The notes under the pieces are model-generated. The model saw nothing but the letters and a program-made list of their open reading frames with translations, was not told the DNA's origin and made no database searches. The position numbers were made by a program, and so were the translations under genes. 40,758 nt of DNA, taken from positions 1 through 40,758 of the IMG/VR virus record IMGVR_UViG_3300008251_000012; one strand, given 5' to 3'. Positions 19,206-27,554 of this stretch are shown here, one piece after another; the stretch's first letter is position 1; each line of letters starts with the position of its first letter. Origin of the DNA: a virus (lineage: Duplodnaviria > Caudoviricetes).

Positions 19206-20855
19206 TTAGCTCGCGGTGTAGTTTTTAAGCTCAATAAGAACAAGGAATTTGTCACACGTTGGAGAAGCGTTATCGTAGCCATTCGCCCAAAGGGTATTTC
19301 CTTTACGCAGACCCTTTGTAACTTCATGGCTGTACAGTGTTGGAGGCACTACATCACCCGTGTAATAAGGTGCTTTACCTAATTTTTCGGTGCGGCCATA
19401 ACCTAGCGCTTTATGAGCCGGTACAAGGCTTGTGAATGGAACTTCAAACACCTTGATAGAACCTAAGATCGTACCGATAAAGTGAATACGAGAGGTTTTC
19501 ACATAGCCTGCTGCACGTTGAAATAACGATGGTGGGAGCATTTGCACAAACGTCGAAAATAACGTACCGCAATACATGCCTTTCAAACCTGATTCTTTGT
19601 TCGTATCAATCATGGTTTGAGAGATAGTCAGGAATAACGACTTAATATATTCAAAACGGTCTTTCCACGTTTCGTGAGAATTTTCAGGAACCGCCGCGTC
19701 AAACGAATACTCTTCTTTAACCAAAAACATCAGGTCATCTAATTGTTTAAGGGCACGTTCATTGGCTAACCAATCACGCATAGAACTTAAATTCATTGCG
19801 TTAATATCAACACCAAATTCGGTATTCATCGTAAACGCTGACATGATTGACGCATCAGCAGCGATCACACGGCTATGCGGGCGGAATTTAAAGCCTTTCA
19901 TTTTGTGGTCAATCGTCGGGATTAGATCGCCGTTTGCCTCAATATCGACTTCAAATTCAGCATGTAATTGGCTCTCATTCGGTAATACTTTGTCTGAATC
20001 AAGTACAATGATGCCCGTATCATGATCAACGGTGCCACTTAGAATTACTTTTGCGCCGCCAACTTCAACTTGTCCATACAGGTCGCCGCCGTCGAGTTGG
20101 ATAGCTGCCTCAGTGCGGTTAAAGTAGATTTTGATAGAAGTAGGGCGAACAGGCAGCATTACACCAGCCGGTGTGTGCGATTTAGTATTGAATGTAAACT
20201 GTTTTTTACTGCCGTCAGGTAGCTGGTCTTTAGCGAATGGATAACGTTGACGCTGTGTTGAATACTGACCATAAGACAATTCATCAATAATCTGATTTTT
20301 CTTAAAATCACCTAGCGTTTTACCGGCGACACGTTCAATTTCAAAAATCTCAACTTCATTTTTTCGTGCAGGTAGATAGCTAACAATGTCGTTTAGTGGG
20401 TTAGCTAACATAACAGGTAAAGTTAATGCAGCAGTGGTAGCACGGATCGACACGCCTTTTTCGCTTGAAAGGTTACTTTCAGCCATTGATGATAACAACA
20501 TGTCAGACTTGCCAGATTCAGCAATAGACTGATTGTTTGAATAGATGTTTTCTAATGTACCGTGGGCAGCAGCAAGCAGATCATCAGAAGGTAAAGCACC
20601 ATTGTTCATCGCGCTGTAATCTCGGATAGCTGAAGCATCAGACAAAGCCTGACGAGCGCCCATTTCTTCACCCATAGATGAGTAAAGCGGATCTTCAGCC
20701 GCCGCCGCAATGATGCCATTATCACGTTCTGACGGATCGGAAATGTAACTGCCATTTGGTAAGAATTGAGATTGAATCAATACACGTTTCATTGCGCCAG
20801 CGCGGGAAAGTGTATCTGCTAAACCGGCTTCGTAGCGTTGAGCTGTGTCTTTCAT
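19206..20855 (-). CDS. Major capsid protein precursor (P1 gp23-like)
   Basis: 549 aa at the P1 gene 23 position; ~120-aa N-terminal propeptide-like region; GKAPYYTGDVVPP motif. Confidence 0.88.
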   Translation of the reverse strand: MKDTAQRYEAGLADTLSRAGAMKRVLIQSQFLPNGSYISDPSERDNGIIAAAAEDPLYSSMGEEMGARQALSDASAIRDYSAMNNGALPSDDLLAAAHGTLENIYSNNQSIAESGKSDMLLSSMAESNLSSEKGVSIRATTAALTLPVMLANPLNDIVSYLPARKNEVEIFEIERVAGKTLGDFKKNQIIDELSYGQYSTQRQRYPFAKDQLPDGSKKQFTFNTKSHTPAGVMLPVRPTSIKIYFNRTEAAIQLDGGDLYGQVEVGGAKVILSGTVDHDTGIIVLDSDKVLPNESQLHAEFEVDIEANGDLIPTIDHKMKGFKFRPHSRVIAADASIMSAFTMNTEFGVDINAMNLSSMRDWLANERALKQLDDLMFLVKEEYSFDAAVPENSHETWKDRFEYIKSLFLTISQTMIDTNKESGLKGMYCGTLFSTFVQMLPPSLFQRAAGYVKTSRIHFIGTILGSIKVFEVPFTSLVPAHKALGYGRTEKLGKAPYYTGDVVPPTLYSHEVTKGLRKGNTLWANGYDNASPTCDKFLVLIELKNYTAS

Positions 20856-20875
20856 ATTAGAACTCCAATTGATAA

Positions 20876-21385
20876 TTAATTTTTTGATTTACTAGGGTTT
20901 TCACGCGACAAAGCGGAACCGAGATAGAATCCGGTCACGTCTTTACGTTCATTGAGAAGGTGTTTAATGATCCAAGTGCTTGCAGCCATAGCAGTGCTCA
21001 ACAAGGGGGCGTTATCACGTAATAAGTACGTCATAGCGGCTTGCGTCACGACCAGAAAAACAGCAATGGGGAGGTTTACACGCATAATGCGCAGGGCTAT
21101 CACGTCAGCCGTTTTCTGGCTGTTCACGTAGTTTTTTCTTGCATCCGCACGATCGAGCTGGATAGCGTCGAATTGCTTTGTGTTAGCGGCAATTTGAGCT
21201 GCAAAGGTGGCTTGCAACGTTTTGCTGCTTTGCAATTTACGAATGGCCTCATCAGCGTTAAATGAACCAGTAACGGTTTTAGCAATATCCACGGCTTTAT
21301 CCGCAATATTGCTATCGTCATCCTCACTGGAGATCCATTTGCCAAGTAGTGGCGCGAATGCAACTAAAATAGGAATAATCCCCAT
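20876..21385 (-). CDS. Putative holin-like membrane protein
   Basis: Hydrophobic N-terminus, DRADARK motif, two C-terminal TM segments and GFYLGS; near the lysozyme-like gene. Confidence 0.6.
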   Translation of the reverse strand: MGIIPILVAFAPLLGKWISSEDDDSNIADKAVDIAKTVTGSFNADEAIRKLQSSKTLQATFAAQIAANTKQFDAIQLDRADARKNYVNSQKTADVIALRIMRVNLPIAVFLVVTQAAMTYLLRDNAPLLSTAMAASTWIIKHLLNERKDVTGFYLGSALSRENPSKSKN

Positions 21386-21774
21386 TACGCTACCTCCGGC
21401 GGCTTCGGCAACACCAGTTCAGCGAGCACAACAAAGGAGGCCTGTAAAAAGGATTTTATTTTTTCGGGTAGCGCGTCGAACTCACAAAGTAGGGGTGACG
21501 TTTTTTCTTTGAGATCAAATGACCCAATCGACCAACCATTTGATATTTGTAGCGAGATATTGAGATTGTGTAACTGCTCAGGAGTCGTGATATTGTGACC
21601 AAGCACACCGTAGCGAATGATCTTATTAAGCACGTCCTCGCGGCGTTCTTCGCTAAGATTGCTGAATCGGATAGACTCATCGCCGGTAAGTTCCGCTGAC
21701 AAGTCTTGCAATATGACAGTAGCCATCATGAACCGATCAAAATCGCTGTTAAGTTCTTCGTCACACTCAAACAT
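21385..21774 (-). CDS. RyR-domain-like protein (divergent)
   Basis: TPEQLHN...NGWSIG...KEKTSPLLCEFDALPEKIK fits the RyR pattern H..W....GW.YG....K.HP.LV.YD.LPE..K with substitutions. Confidence 0.6.
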   Translation of the reverse strand: MFECDEELNSDFDRFMMATVILQDLSAELTGDESIRFSNLSEERREDVLNKIIRYGVLGHNITTPEQLHNLNISLQISNGWSIGSFDLKEKTSPLLCEFDALPEKIKSFLQASFVVLAELVLPKPPEVA

Positions 21775-21776
21775 GA

Positions 21777-22280
21777 CTAGCTCACTCGTTTTCGAGTCAG
21801 CAGCGCCACATTGGTCTGTGCTACTTCACAACGTTCAAGATATTCTTCCGCAGAACCTTTACCAGCCGAGGTATTGAAAAACTCTTTCCAGTATTCAGCT
21901 CGCGCAGTGATAGTTTCCGGCACAGGCTTAGGTACAGTCCAATATCGCAATCGAGCGAATAACAGAGCTAATAGCGGGCTGTAGTCTAGTTCGCGGAACT
22001 CAACAAGTTCTAACTTGATGTTTAACTTGTCATATATGACTTGACCAAAACGGCTAGCGTACTTATCTTTCAACCAGTCGAACGTACCCTCATCAATTTG
22101 ACTAACACCAGCACCAGCGCCGTATAAAGTGCGTTCGCGGTATTCACCCATCAATGTTTCAGCGGCGCAAGTTTCAACAAGCAGATCAACTGCTTTGTTA
22201 TTTGAACCGTGTCCTAACAGATCACAAACTAATGTTGCGAACTCTACAATTTGTCTTTTGTTTGCTAATCCGTAATACAC
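21777..22280 (-). CDS. Lysozyme-like / transglycosylase endolysin
   Basis: ETCAAET (catalytic Glu candidate), GAGVSQID, ARLRY, RAEYWKEFFNT.AGKG; first gene after a late promoter. Confidence 0.72.
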   Translation of the reverse strand: MYYGLANKRQIVEFATLVCDLLGHGSNNKAVDLLVETCAAETLMGEYRERTLYGAGAGVSQIDEGTFDWLKDKYASRFGQVIYDKLNIKLELVEFRELDYSPLLALLFARLRYWTVPKPVPETITARAEYWKEFFNTSAGKGSAEEYLERCEVAQTNVALLTRKRVS

Positions 22281-22313
22281 TCTTGCACCACTATTAATTC
22301 AAATAATGGAATG

Positions 22314-22334
22314 AGATTAAGTTCAGCGATAAAA
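22314..22334 (-). promoter_or_regulatory. Putative late promoter (TTTTATCGCT-N5-TAATCT) for the lysis-head-tail operon
   Basis: Motif 34 bp upstream of the first gene of the left operon. Confidence 0.68.
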
Positions 22335-22573
22335 TACCCGTGCCCGATTTTTTAATTTTTTTTGATTTATTTTTTAGCCGCTGGGGAAGCGTTGGAAAGC
22401 GTCAAATTATCAGTGTCATTAAGCGCGTGAAACATAGTTAATGAGCTTGCGAATTGACATGTTGAAGGTGCAAAGGGGTACGGGGAAGATCCCCGTTATT
22501 GTTTAAAGAGTTAAGAAGTAAGAAGGAGAATCGCTGGAAAGCCCATTCTAGCAGGATCGTTTTTTCAGGATCA

Positions 22574-22701
22574 GATAACAGTGTTATCAGGTTTAGATAA
22601 GACTGTTATCAGGGTTAGATAACAGTCTTATCATAAACTAGTAGCTTTTTGATAACGGGGCTATTATCAAAAAATGATCTCATATTGATAAGGCTGTTAT
22701 T
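22574..22701. repeat. Palindromic iteron array GATAA-N5-TTATC (putative origin / RepL operator)
   Basis: Copies at 22574-22588, 22596-22610 and 22618-22632 (22-bp period); variants at 22651-22668 and 22687-22701. Confidence 0.82.
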
Positions 22702-22728
22702 GACAAATGACTAAACTCTATCAATAAT
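22700..22728 (+). promoter_or_regulatory. sigma70 promoter for the repL-like gene
   Basis: TTGACA-N17-AATAAT; the -35 overlaps the last iteron variant. Confidence 0.7.
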
Positions 22729-22758
22729 TAGGCGGTATTTGATAACGGAACTGTTAAT

Positions 22759-23343
22759 ATGACATCCCCTGTAGATAACGAAGATGAAAAACCTAAGAAA
22801 ACCAAGAGCGCAGAGATTCGGCACAGTACAAACCCTTTCGTGCAGTCATTAACAGTCGATTCAACTGGGAAGCGGGTTACTGTTAACGTCCTTGGGACAG
22901 AAGATAATATACTCGTAAACCAGAATACGGGCGAGGTGACAGGAACCCACATATCCACTTTTAAACGTGTTGATAACGAGCAGTTTGTTAAACTGTTTAC
23001 AAAAAATATCGCGATGACATTTGATTTAAAGGCGGCAGGGATTAAAGCGTTTAACGTATTACTCCATGTTGTTCAAAGCAATATCGGTAAAGATCTTGTG
23101 CATTTAGATCAGTACACGTTAGATGAGTTTATTGCGGATCATGAATCGCTCGATCCACCGATTAAATTAAAGTTAAGTCTGCCGACATTCATGCGCGGCT
23201 TACGTGAATTAGAATCGGCACAAATAATTGCAAAGTCCACACGACGTGCGTACTACTACATCAATCCAAGTTTTGTGTTTAATGGTGATCGTATTGTATT
23301 CAGTACCTTCATTGAACGTAACAAAACTGAGTCCTTAAATTAA
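22759..23343 (+). CDS. repL: RepL-family replication / maintenance protein
   Basis: NPFV, NQNTGEV, VDNEQFVKLF, TFMRGLRELESAQII, YYINPSFVFNGDR; iterons upstream. Confidence 0.82.
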   Translation: MTSPVDNEDEKPKKTKSAEIRHSTNPFVQSLTVDSTGKRVTVNVLGTEDNILVNQNTGEVTGTHISTFKRVDNEQFVKLFTKNIAMTFDLKAAGIKAFNVLLHVVQSNIGKDLVHLDQYTLDEFIADHESLDPPIKLKLSLPTFMRGLRELESAQIIAKSTRRAYYYINPSFVFNGDRIVFSTFIERNKTESLN

Positions 23344-23354
23344 ATTTCGGGCAT

Positions 23355-23385
23355 AAAAAAAGCCACACTCAAAGGCATGGCTTTT
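23355..23385. terminator. Bidirectional terminator between convergent genes
   Basis: A7-GCCA...TGGC-T4. Confidence 0.6.
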
Positions 23386-23404
23386 AATTGTTAAGTCTAT
23401 TATT

Positions 23405-23605
23405 TTAAGCGGGGGCATCAGCTCTGATTTTCTTTGCCATCATTTCCAGCATGTCTGGTAATCTAACCAGATCGGCAGGGGTTGCCTGAACAGCAAACCC
23501 ACTGCCTTTTATGCCGTTCGTCACTATTAAGATAGTACTGTCAGCGCCCGTTGATTCCCGAACCTTTGTACATTCCTCATTATATTTTCCAGCACCACTT
23601 GCCAT
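23405..23605 (-). CDS. Small hypothetical phage protein
   Basis: 66 aa; GAGG RBS upstream; terminator follows. Confidence 0.65.
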   Translation of the reverse strand: MASGAGKYNEECTKVRESTGADSTILIVTNGIKGSGFAVQATPADLVRLPDMLEMMAKKIRADAPA

Positions 23606-23683
23606 TATTAACCAGCCTCATTTAATCTCTTATTTCAATTACCTAACAATCTAAAACATTGCAATGAAGTAATCAACAATATA

Positions 23684-23695
23684 TTATCCTATCAA
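23684..23695 (+). promoter_or_regulatory. Putative C1-like operator TTATCCTATCAA overlapping a sigma70 -10
   Basis: TTGCAA-N17-TATTAT promoter overlapped by a motif that recurs at four other intergenic sites. Confidence 0.55.
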
Positions 23696-23733
23696 CAAAG
23701 TTTTATAAATAAGCAACACGTAGAGAACGCGGA

Positions 23734-23931
23734 ATGGACATTAAAAAACCAAGTATTACTTGCCCTGAATGCAACAAAACGAGTTATTGTCTGGGTGATA
23801 TCCAGCATAAATTTTGTATCCAATGTGGATTTCATAGCGACATATTAAAAAAACAAAACAAACAAGGTGATAATAAAAATGAGTCAAAGCAAACAATGCA
23901 AATGTCAGAATTGTTCAGGAAAAATGATTAA
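23734..23931 (+). CDS. Small zinc-ribbon protein
   Basis: CPEC...CIQCGFH. Confidence 0.55.
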   Translation: MDIKKPSITCPECNKTSYCLGDIQHKFCIQCGFHSDILKKQNKQGDNKNESKQTMQMSELFRKND

Positions 23932-24349
23932 TCTAGAAAATATACCGGAATTACAACTTAACCCCGTCACGATCGCATACATAAGCACGATCATAAACTT
24001 CAGGTTTCAGGCTGGCGATGTAATGACAACGCCTTTTTTGAACATCAACTTACCATTTGATGAACTGACGATTAAGTACGGTACTGTTTTTGGTGCGAAT
24101 GACGGGAAACGGGTAGGCGAACTCACCCTCATTTTTGATAATGATGATAAACCGGTGTACATGGTGATTAGGGAGTTCGTTAACGGCATTCTCGATGAGA
24201 AGGAGATTGAATATTACATGTTTGAGAACCACGCTATCGATCATAAACAAATGCTTGGCCGTATTCGCAACATGAAAAAGCCTCAGGTCGTAATCATAAA
24301 AGAAGGCAAACCGGCATCCGCATCAATGCCAAGCAATGCGATCCACTAA
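23867..24349 (+). CDS. Hypothetical protein
   Basis: 160-aa ORF with N-terminal CKCQNC; start uncertain. Confidence 0.6.
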   Translation: MIIKMSQSKQCKCQNCSGKMINLENIPELQLNPVTIAYISTIINFRFQAGDVMTTPFLNINLPFDELTIKYGTVFGANDGKRVGELTLIFDNDDKPVYMVIREFVNGILDEKEIEYYMFENHAIDHKQMLGRIRNMKKPQVVIIKEGKPASASMPSNAIH

Positions 24350-24439
24350 TCACAGTGAATCAAATCGGTTGCACTGAGGCATTTTAGATGCTACCTTAAA
24401 TGGGTAATATACATTCACTGACATAAAGCGAGTACATAC

Positions 24440-24799
24440 ATGGAAGCTGTAACGAAAGATTTAAACACCATTATTAAAACTATTGCAAAGCACACAGTAC
24501 CGGCTAGCGCTCTTAACCCAGACCGTTTATTAGTGTCTGATTTACCCCTTGAAGTTTGTAACGAAATCGCAAAGCGCAGCGCAGAGCTGAATGATTATCA
24601 GGTTATTGTTGTCACTGACGAAGCTCGCCAGCGTAGCGAGATAATGACTGCCCGCAATTCAGGCCTAGCGCGTGAAATCTTTATCTATGCAGGCAAGGGG
24701 TTTGGCTGTCACGTCATGCCGGAAATAGCGACGACCACGAAACGTATTAACTTCACTAAAGCGCCGGTTAATCGTTTACGTAAGCACTTCATCAGCTAA
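24440..24799 (+). CDS. Hypothetical protein
   Basis: 119 aa; TTGCAC-N17-TACCTT upstream and a terminator downstream. Confidence 0.7.
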   Translation: MEAVTKDLNTIIKTIAKHTVPASALNPDRLLVSDLPLEVCNEIAKRSAELNDYQVIVVTDEARQRSEIMTARNSGLAREIFIYAGKGFGCHVMPEIATTTKRINFTKAPVNRLRKHFIS

Positions 24800-24818
24800 C
24801 ACACCACTGACACAAAGT

Positions 24819-24855
24819 AAGGGGGAAAATTTATTTTAATTTCCCCCCCTTTTTT
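24819..24855 (+). terminator. Intrinsic terminator
   Basis: GGGGGAAA...TTTCCCCC followed by a T-tract. Confidence 0.7.
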
Positions 24856-24867
24856 ATTGGAACAATT

Positions 24868-25398
24868 ATGAATACAAAAACCGCTACCACCGGATCAATT
24901 ACCCACCACAATGACGTAGACGCTAAATTCTATATAAGCAGTTTTCTTTCGTTCACGCCGGACTACTTAACACCGGTATCTATATCTCGCATTGAAAGTG
25001 AGGAATACAATCACATTAAGCGCCGTATAATTCCACGTTTCTGTTTTGATAATTCATTGACTACAGCTATATCCCTCGACTTGCATTCCATTGTTTACGG
25101 TGCGGCCATCGTGAGCTTTGGAGAGCAAAAGATACCCGTCGAGCACGCTTGGGTTAAATCACATGACGGACAATATTATGATCCGACATATCAAGAATTA
25201 GGCGATAAAGATACGCCGCTGCAAGTTGAGTATTACAGCTTGTTCGAGATGCCCCTTGATGATTACTTGGCATTAGCAACGGAAGTTAGGGGAGAGCAAC
25301 TATCAAAAATATGCGCCCTTGACTTCATGCCGCTAAGACACATGCAGCATTTTAAACGCTTCTTTAAACGCGTAACCAAGCCTTCTAACACAGATTAA
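24868..25398 (+). CDS. Transglutaminase / papain-like fold protein (Cys-His-Asp)
   Basis: FCFDNS...VEHAWVK...YYDPTY. Confidence 0.62.
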   Translation: MNTKTATTGSITHHNDVDAKFYISSFLSFTPDYLTPVSISRIESEEYNHIKRRIIPRFCFDNSLTTAISLDLHSIVYGAAIVSFGEQKIPVEHAWVKSHDGQYYDPTYQELGDKDTPLQVEYYSLFEMPLDDYLALATEVRGEQLSKICALDFMPLRHMQHFKRFFKRVTKPSNTD

Positions 25399-25405
25399 TT
25401 AAATT

Positions 25406-25439
25406 GAAGGTGACAGATTTAATTAATTCTGTCACCTTC
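25406..25439. terminator. 12-bp perfect inverted repeat (hairpin or operator)
   Basis: GAAGGTGACAGA-N10-TCTGTCACCTTC. Confidence 0.55.
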
Positions 25440-25456
25440 TAAAGCAGGATTTAAAC

Positions 25457-26143
25457 TTGTCAAAACTCAATGCAGACTTAATTGTAAAACGATGTTTCAG
25501 AGAGCTTTCAGCGCTATCTAGTCAATACATGCCCGACGCATCCGACCGTATCAATGCCGCGTTCCAACATGGACGCAAAAAGAAAACGTTAGACGTTGCC
25601 AAGACAAAGCTAAACACAAAACGCTACTTAAACAAATTCGCGGTCGTGTGTGCTTGCTATACCAATGACCTAGGTTTATACACTCGCGCCGTCACAGTCA
25701 TCGATAAACAACTCGTATTGCTTTGCTGTTTCATGCCATTTGTAACGAGATGTAGCCAACCTATTTTTACGATAGACATTGTGATAAGCAAAATAACAAT
25801 AACCAGACATGCTTTGTCTCGCTGGTTAGAAAGGAATGAATCTGAAGATTACAGAGCCGCCTTAAAGGTGCTAGGAAGCGCCCTGTTCGAAGAAGATCAA
25901 AAGCTAGCAGGTCTAGCGATACAGCACAAAAAGATTGCTGTAGGCACGCATGAGCGGCAAGTACAGTGCAGTGATGGCGGGATTGCGATTGTAGTCATAA
26001 ATAATCCCGACGAAGAGCACTATAAATATATGGATTGGACATTAATCACCTACCTCGATAGCTCGCTACTTAAATCATGGAATGATGAAGCCGTACACAG
26101 CGAGTATACGAACTTACAGCACCGGCTCAGTGATAGATTTTAA
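25457..26143 (+). CDS. Hypothetical protein
   Basis: 228 aa; AGGA RBS; ITRHALSRWLER motif. Confidence 0.7.
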   Translation: MSKLNADLIVKRCFRELSALSSQYMPDASDRINAAFQHGRKKKTLDVAKTKLNTKRYLNKFAVVCACYTNDLGLYTRAVTVIDKQLVLLCCFMPFVTRCSQPIFTIDIVISKITITRHALSRWLERNESEDYRAALKVLGSALFEEDQKLAGLAIQHKKIAVGTHERQVQCSDGGIAIVVINNPDEEHYKYMDWTLITYLDSSLLKSWNDEAVHSEYTNLQHRLSDRF

Positions 26144-26176
26144 TACTAGCCGCATTACACATTAGGATTTAAACAA

Positions 26177-26620
26177 GTGAATACAAATCAGAGCACTATC
26201 ACGCTAGAGCGTAATGTTTATTACATTTATCCGAACCGAGAGGTTGTCACCTGTAGCGGCATTACCGTCATCGCTAACAACCGCTGGGTTTTCACACCTA
26301 AAGCTGGTGTATCCATCCCCAAATTTAGCGACCGTTGCAGCATTACATTTGTTAAAACGCTCAGATTATTGGCCGACGAACACAACATTATTTTACCCGA
26401 CGACTTGGGAATTGAGAGTCCCGCAGAATGGACTGGCATTACAGTAAAAAAACGCGGAATATCAATTCGTCCGATGTATGCCGAAAGTAACGGCAAGATC
26501 CACCAACCGGCTATCTATTTTGCTTGTGAGGAACAAACTGGGTTTAACTCTGACATCAAGAATGCGATGAAAGTACTCGCAATGCACAAAATAATGAAAG
26601 AGCACATTGACAGAATTTAA
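26177..26620 (+). CDS. Hypothetical protein
   Basis: 147 aa; leader AGGATTTAAAC is the same as that of the preceding gene. Confidence 0.7.
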   Translation: MNTNQSTITLERNVYYIYPNREVVTCSGITVIANNRWVFTPKAGVSIPKFSDRCSITFVKTLRLLADEHNIILPDDLGIESPAEWTGITVKKRGISIRPMYAESNGKIHQPAIYFACEEQTGFNSDIKNAMKVLAMHKIMKEHIDRI

Positions 26621-26632
26621 TACACAGACAGC

Positions 26633-26656
26633 AAAAAGGGGCGGCACGCCCCTTTT
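26633..26656. terminator. Bidirectional terminator
   Basis: A5-GGGGCG-gca-CGCCCC-T4 between convergent genes. Confidence 0.75.
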
Positions 26657-26677
26657 ATTCCATCGAAAATAACCGCT

Positions 26678-27097
26678 TTATTTTTTACTTTTCAGGTCTA
26701 GCAAATCCATTGCCATCACAATCACTTGTTCTTGCGTTAATTTCTTACCATCTTTGCCAAACTTAATACGAAAATTGTTAATTCGTTCCTGCGTCCCTGT
26801 GCTTATAGTCATACTAGTAGCCATATCTTTTGAATATTGACGCCTCGCCCTGCTTCGGGTACTACGCAAGCTAGCACGTAGCGAGAAGATGTATTCAGGC
26901 TTTAAATTCTTAACCAACATTTCGGCATATGCCAATAGCAACGGTATCGAATCATCTTTACTCGCCGCGACGATCGCCTCTAACGGCTCGGTGCTCGCAA
27001 TCAGGGCGCGATCCGTATCAAAGGTACAGGCCTTCTCGATATCGCGCTTTACCTTGCTGTAAACATAAAATATTTCACTTTGCTGAATCTCAAACAT
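26678..27097 (-). CDS. Putative MatP-like / ribbon-helix-helix DNA-binding protein
   Basis: Start at MFEIQQ (AGGTGGGG RBS). KNLKPEYIFSLRASLRSTRSR...TSMTISTGTQERI...GKKLTQEQVIV parallels the MatP layout by eye. Confidence 0.5.
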   Translation of the reverse strand: MFEIQQSEIFYVYSKVKRDIEKACTFDTDRALIASTEPLEAIVAASKDDSIPLLLAYAEMLVKNLKPEYIFSLRASLRSTRSRARRQYSKDMATSMTISTGTQERINNFRIKFGKDGKKLTQEQVIVMAMDLLDLKSKK

Positions 27098-27104
27098 ATC
27101 CCCA

Positions 27105-27164
27105 CCTGTTGCATGTTTCACCCTACAGGAAAGCTTACACGCACGGGGTGAAACATGCAACAGG
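27105..27164. repeat. 19-bp perfect inverted repeat, 22-bp spacer
   Basis: CCTGTTGCATGTTTCACCC (27105-27123) / GGGTGAAACATGCAACAGG (27146-27164). Confidence 0.9.
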
Positions 27165-27192
27165 CATTAAGGTATGTTGCGAATTAACCCCT

Positions 27193-27266
27193 TAATCATG
27201 CGCCACATGAATAAGAAGCAATAATGTGATAGAATCCCCACACTAATCATGCGCCACATGAATAAG
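27193..27266. promoter_or_regulatory. Two identical 23-bp sites with a palindromic core TCATG-N5-CATGA flanking a promoter
   Basis: TAATCATGCGCCACATGAATAAG at 27193-27215 and 27244-27266; TG-n-TAGAAT between them. Confidence 0.75.
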
Positions 27267-27275
27267 GAAGCTCTT

Positions 27276-27554
27276 ATGCGCTTATCATCGACTCAAAAAG
27301 ACATATTACTTTTGCTATACGCCATCGAAAACAACGGTAATCAAAAACCAGTACCAAACATGCTCATTCTAAACATGATCAACAGAGAGCGTGGCTTAGC
27401 GATCGAAGGCTCAAACTTCAGAGCCTCTTGTCATAAACTGAATGAAAACAACATGATCAACAGGTATCGTTCAACATCATTAAAACTTGCTTGGCTCTTG
27501 ACTGACGAGGGACGCGAGAAAGCCCGTGTCATTTTCAACGAGCGAATAGCTTAA
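27276..27554 (+). CDS. Winged-helix DNA-binding protein
   Basis: MRLSSTQKDILLLL...SNFRASCHKL...WLLTDEGREKA; AAGGA RBS favours the ATG at 27276. Confidence 0.75.
   Translation: MRLSSTQKDILLLLYAIENNGNQKPVPNMLILNMINRERGLAIEGSNFRASCHKLNENNMINRYRSTSLKLAWLLTDEGREKARVIFNERIA

Noticed and set aside
2356-21877. Many short + strand and alternate-frame ORFs inside the late genes
   Set aside because: They overlap well-supported structural genes and have no independent signals.
22574-22701. Mini-CRISPR array
   Set aside because: 15-bp palindromes with 7-bp gaps; no unique spacers and no cas genes.
27105-27164. Canonical chromosomal parS site
   Set aside because: The half-sites are 28 bp apart rather than contiguous, and no ParB is encoded in the window.
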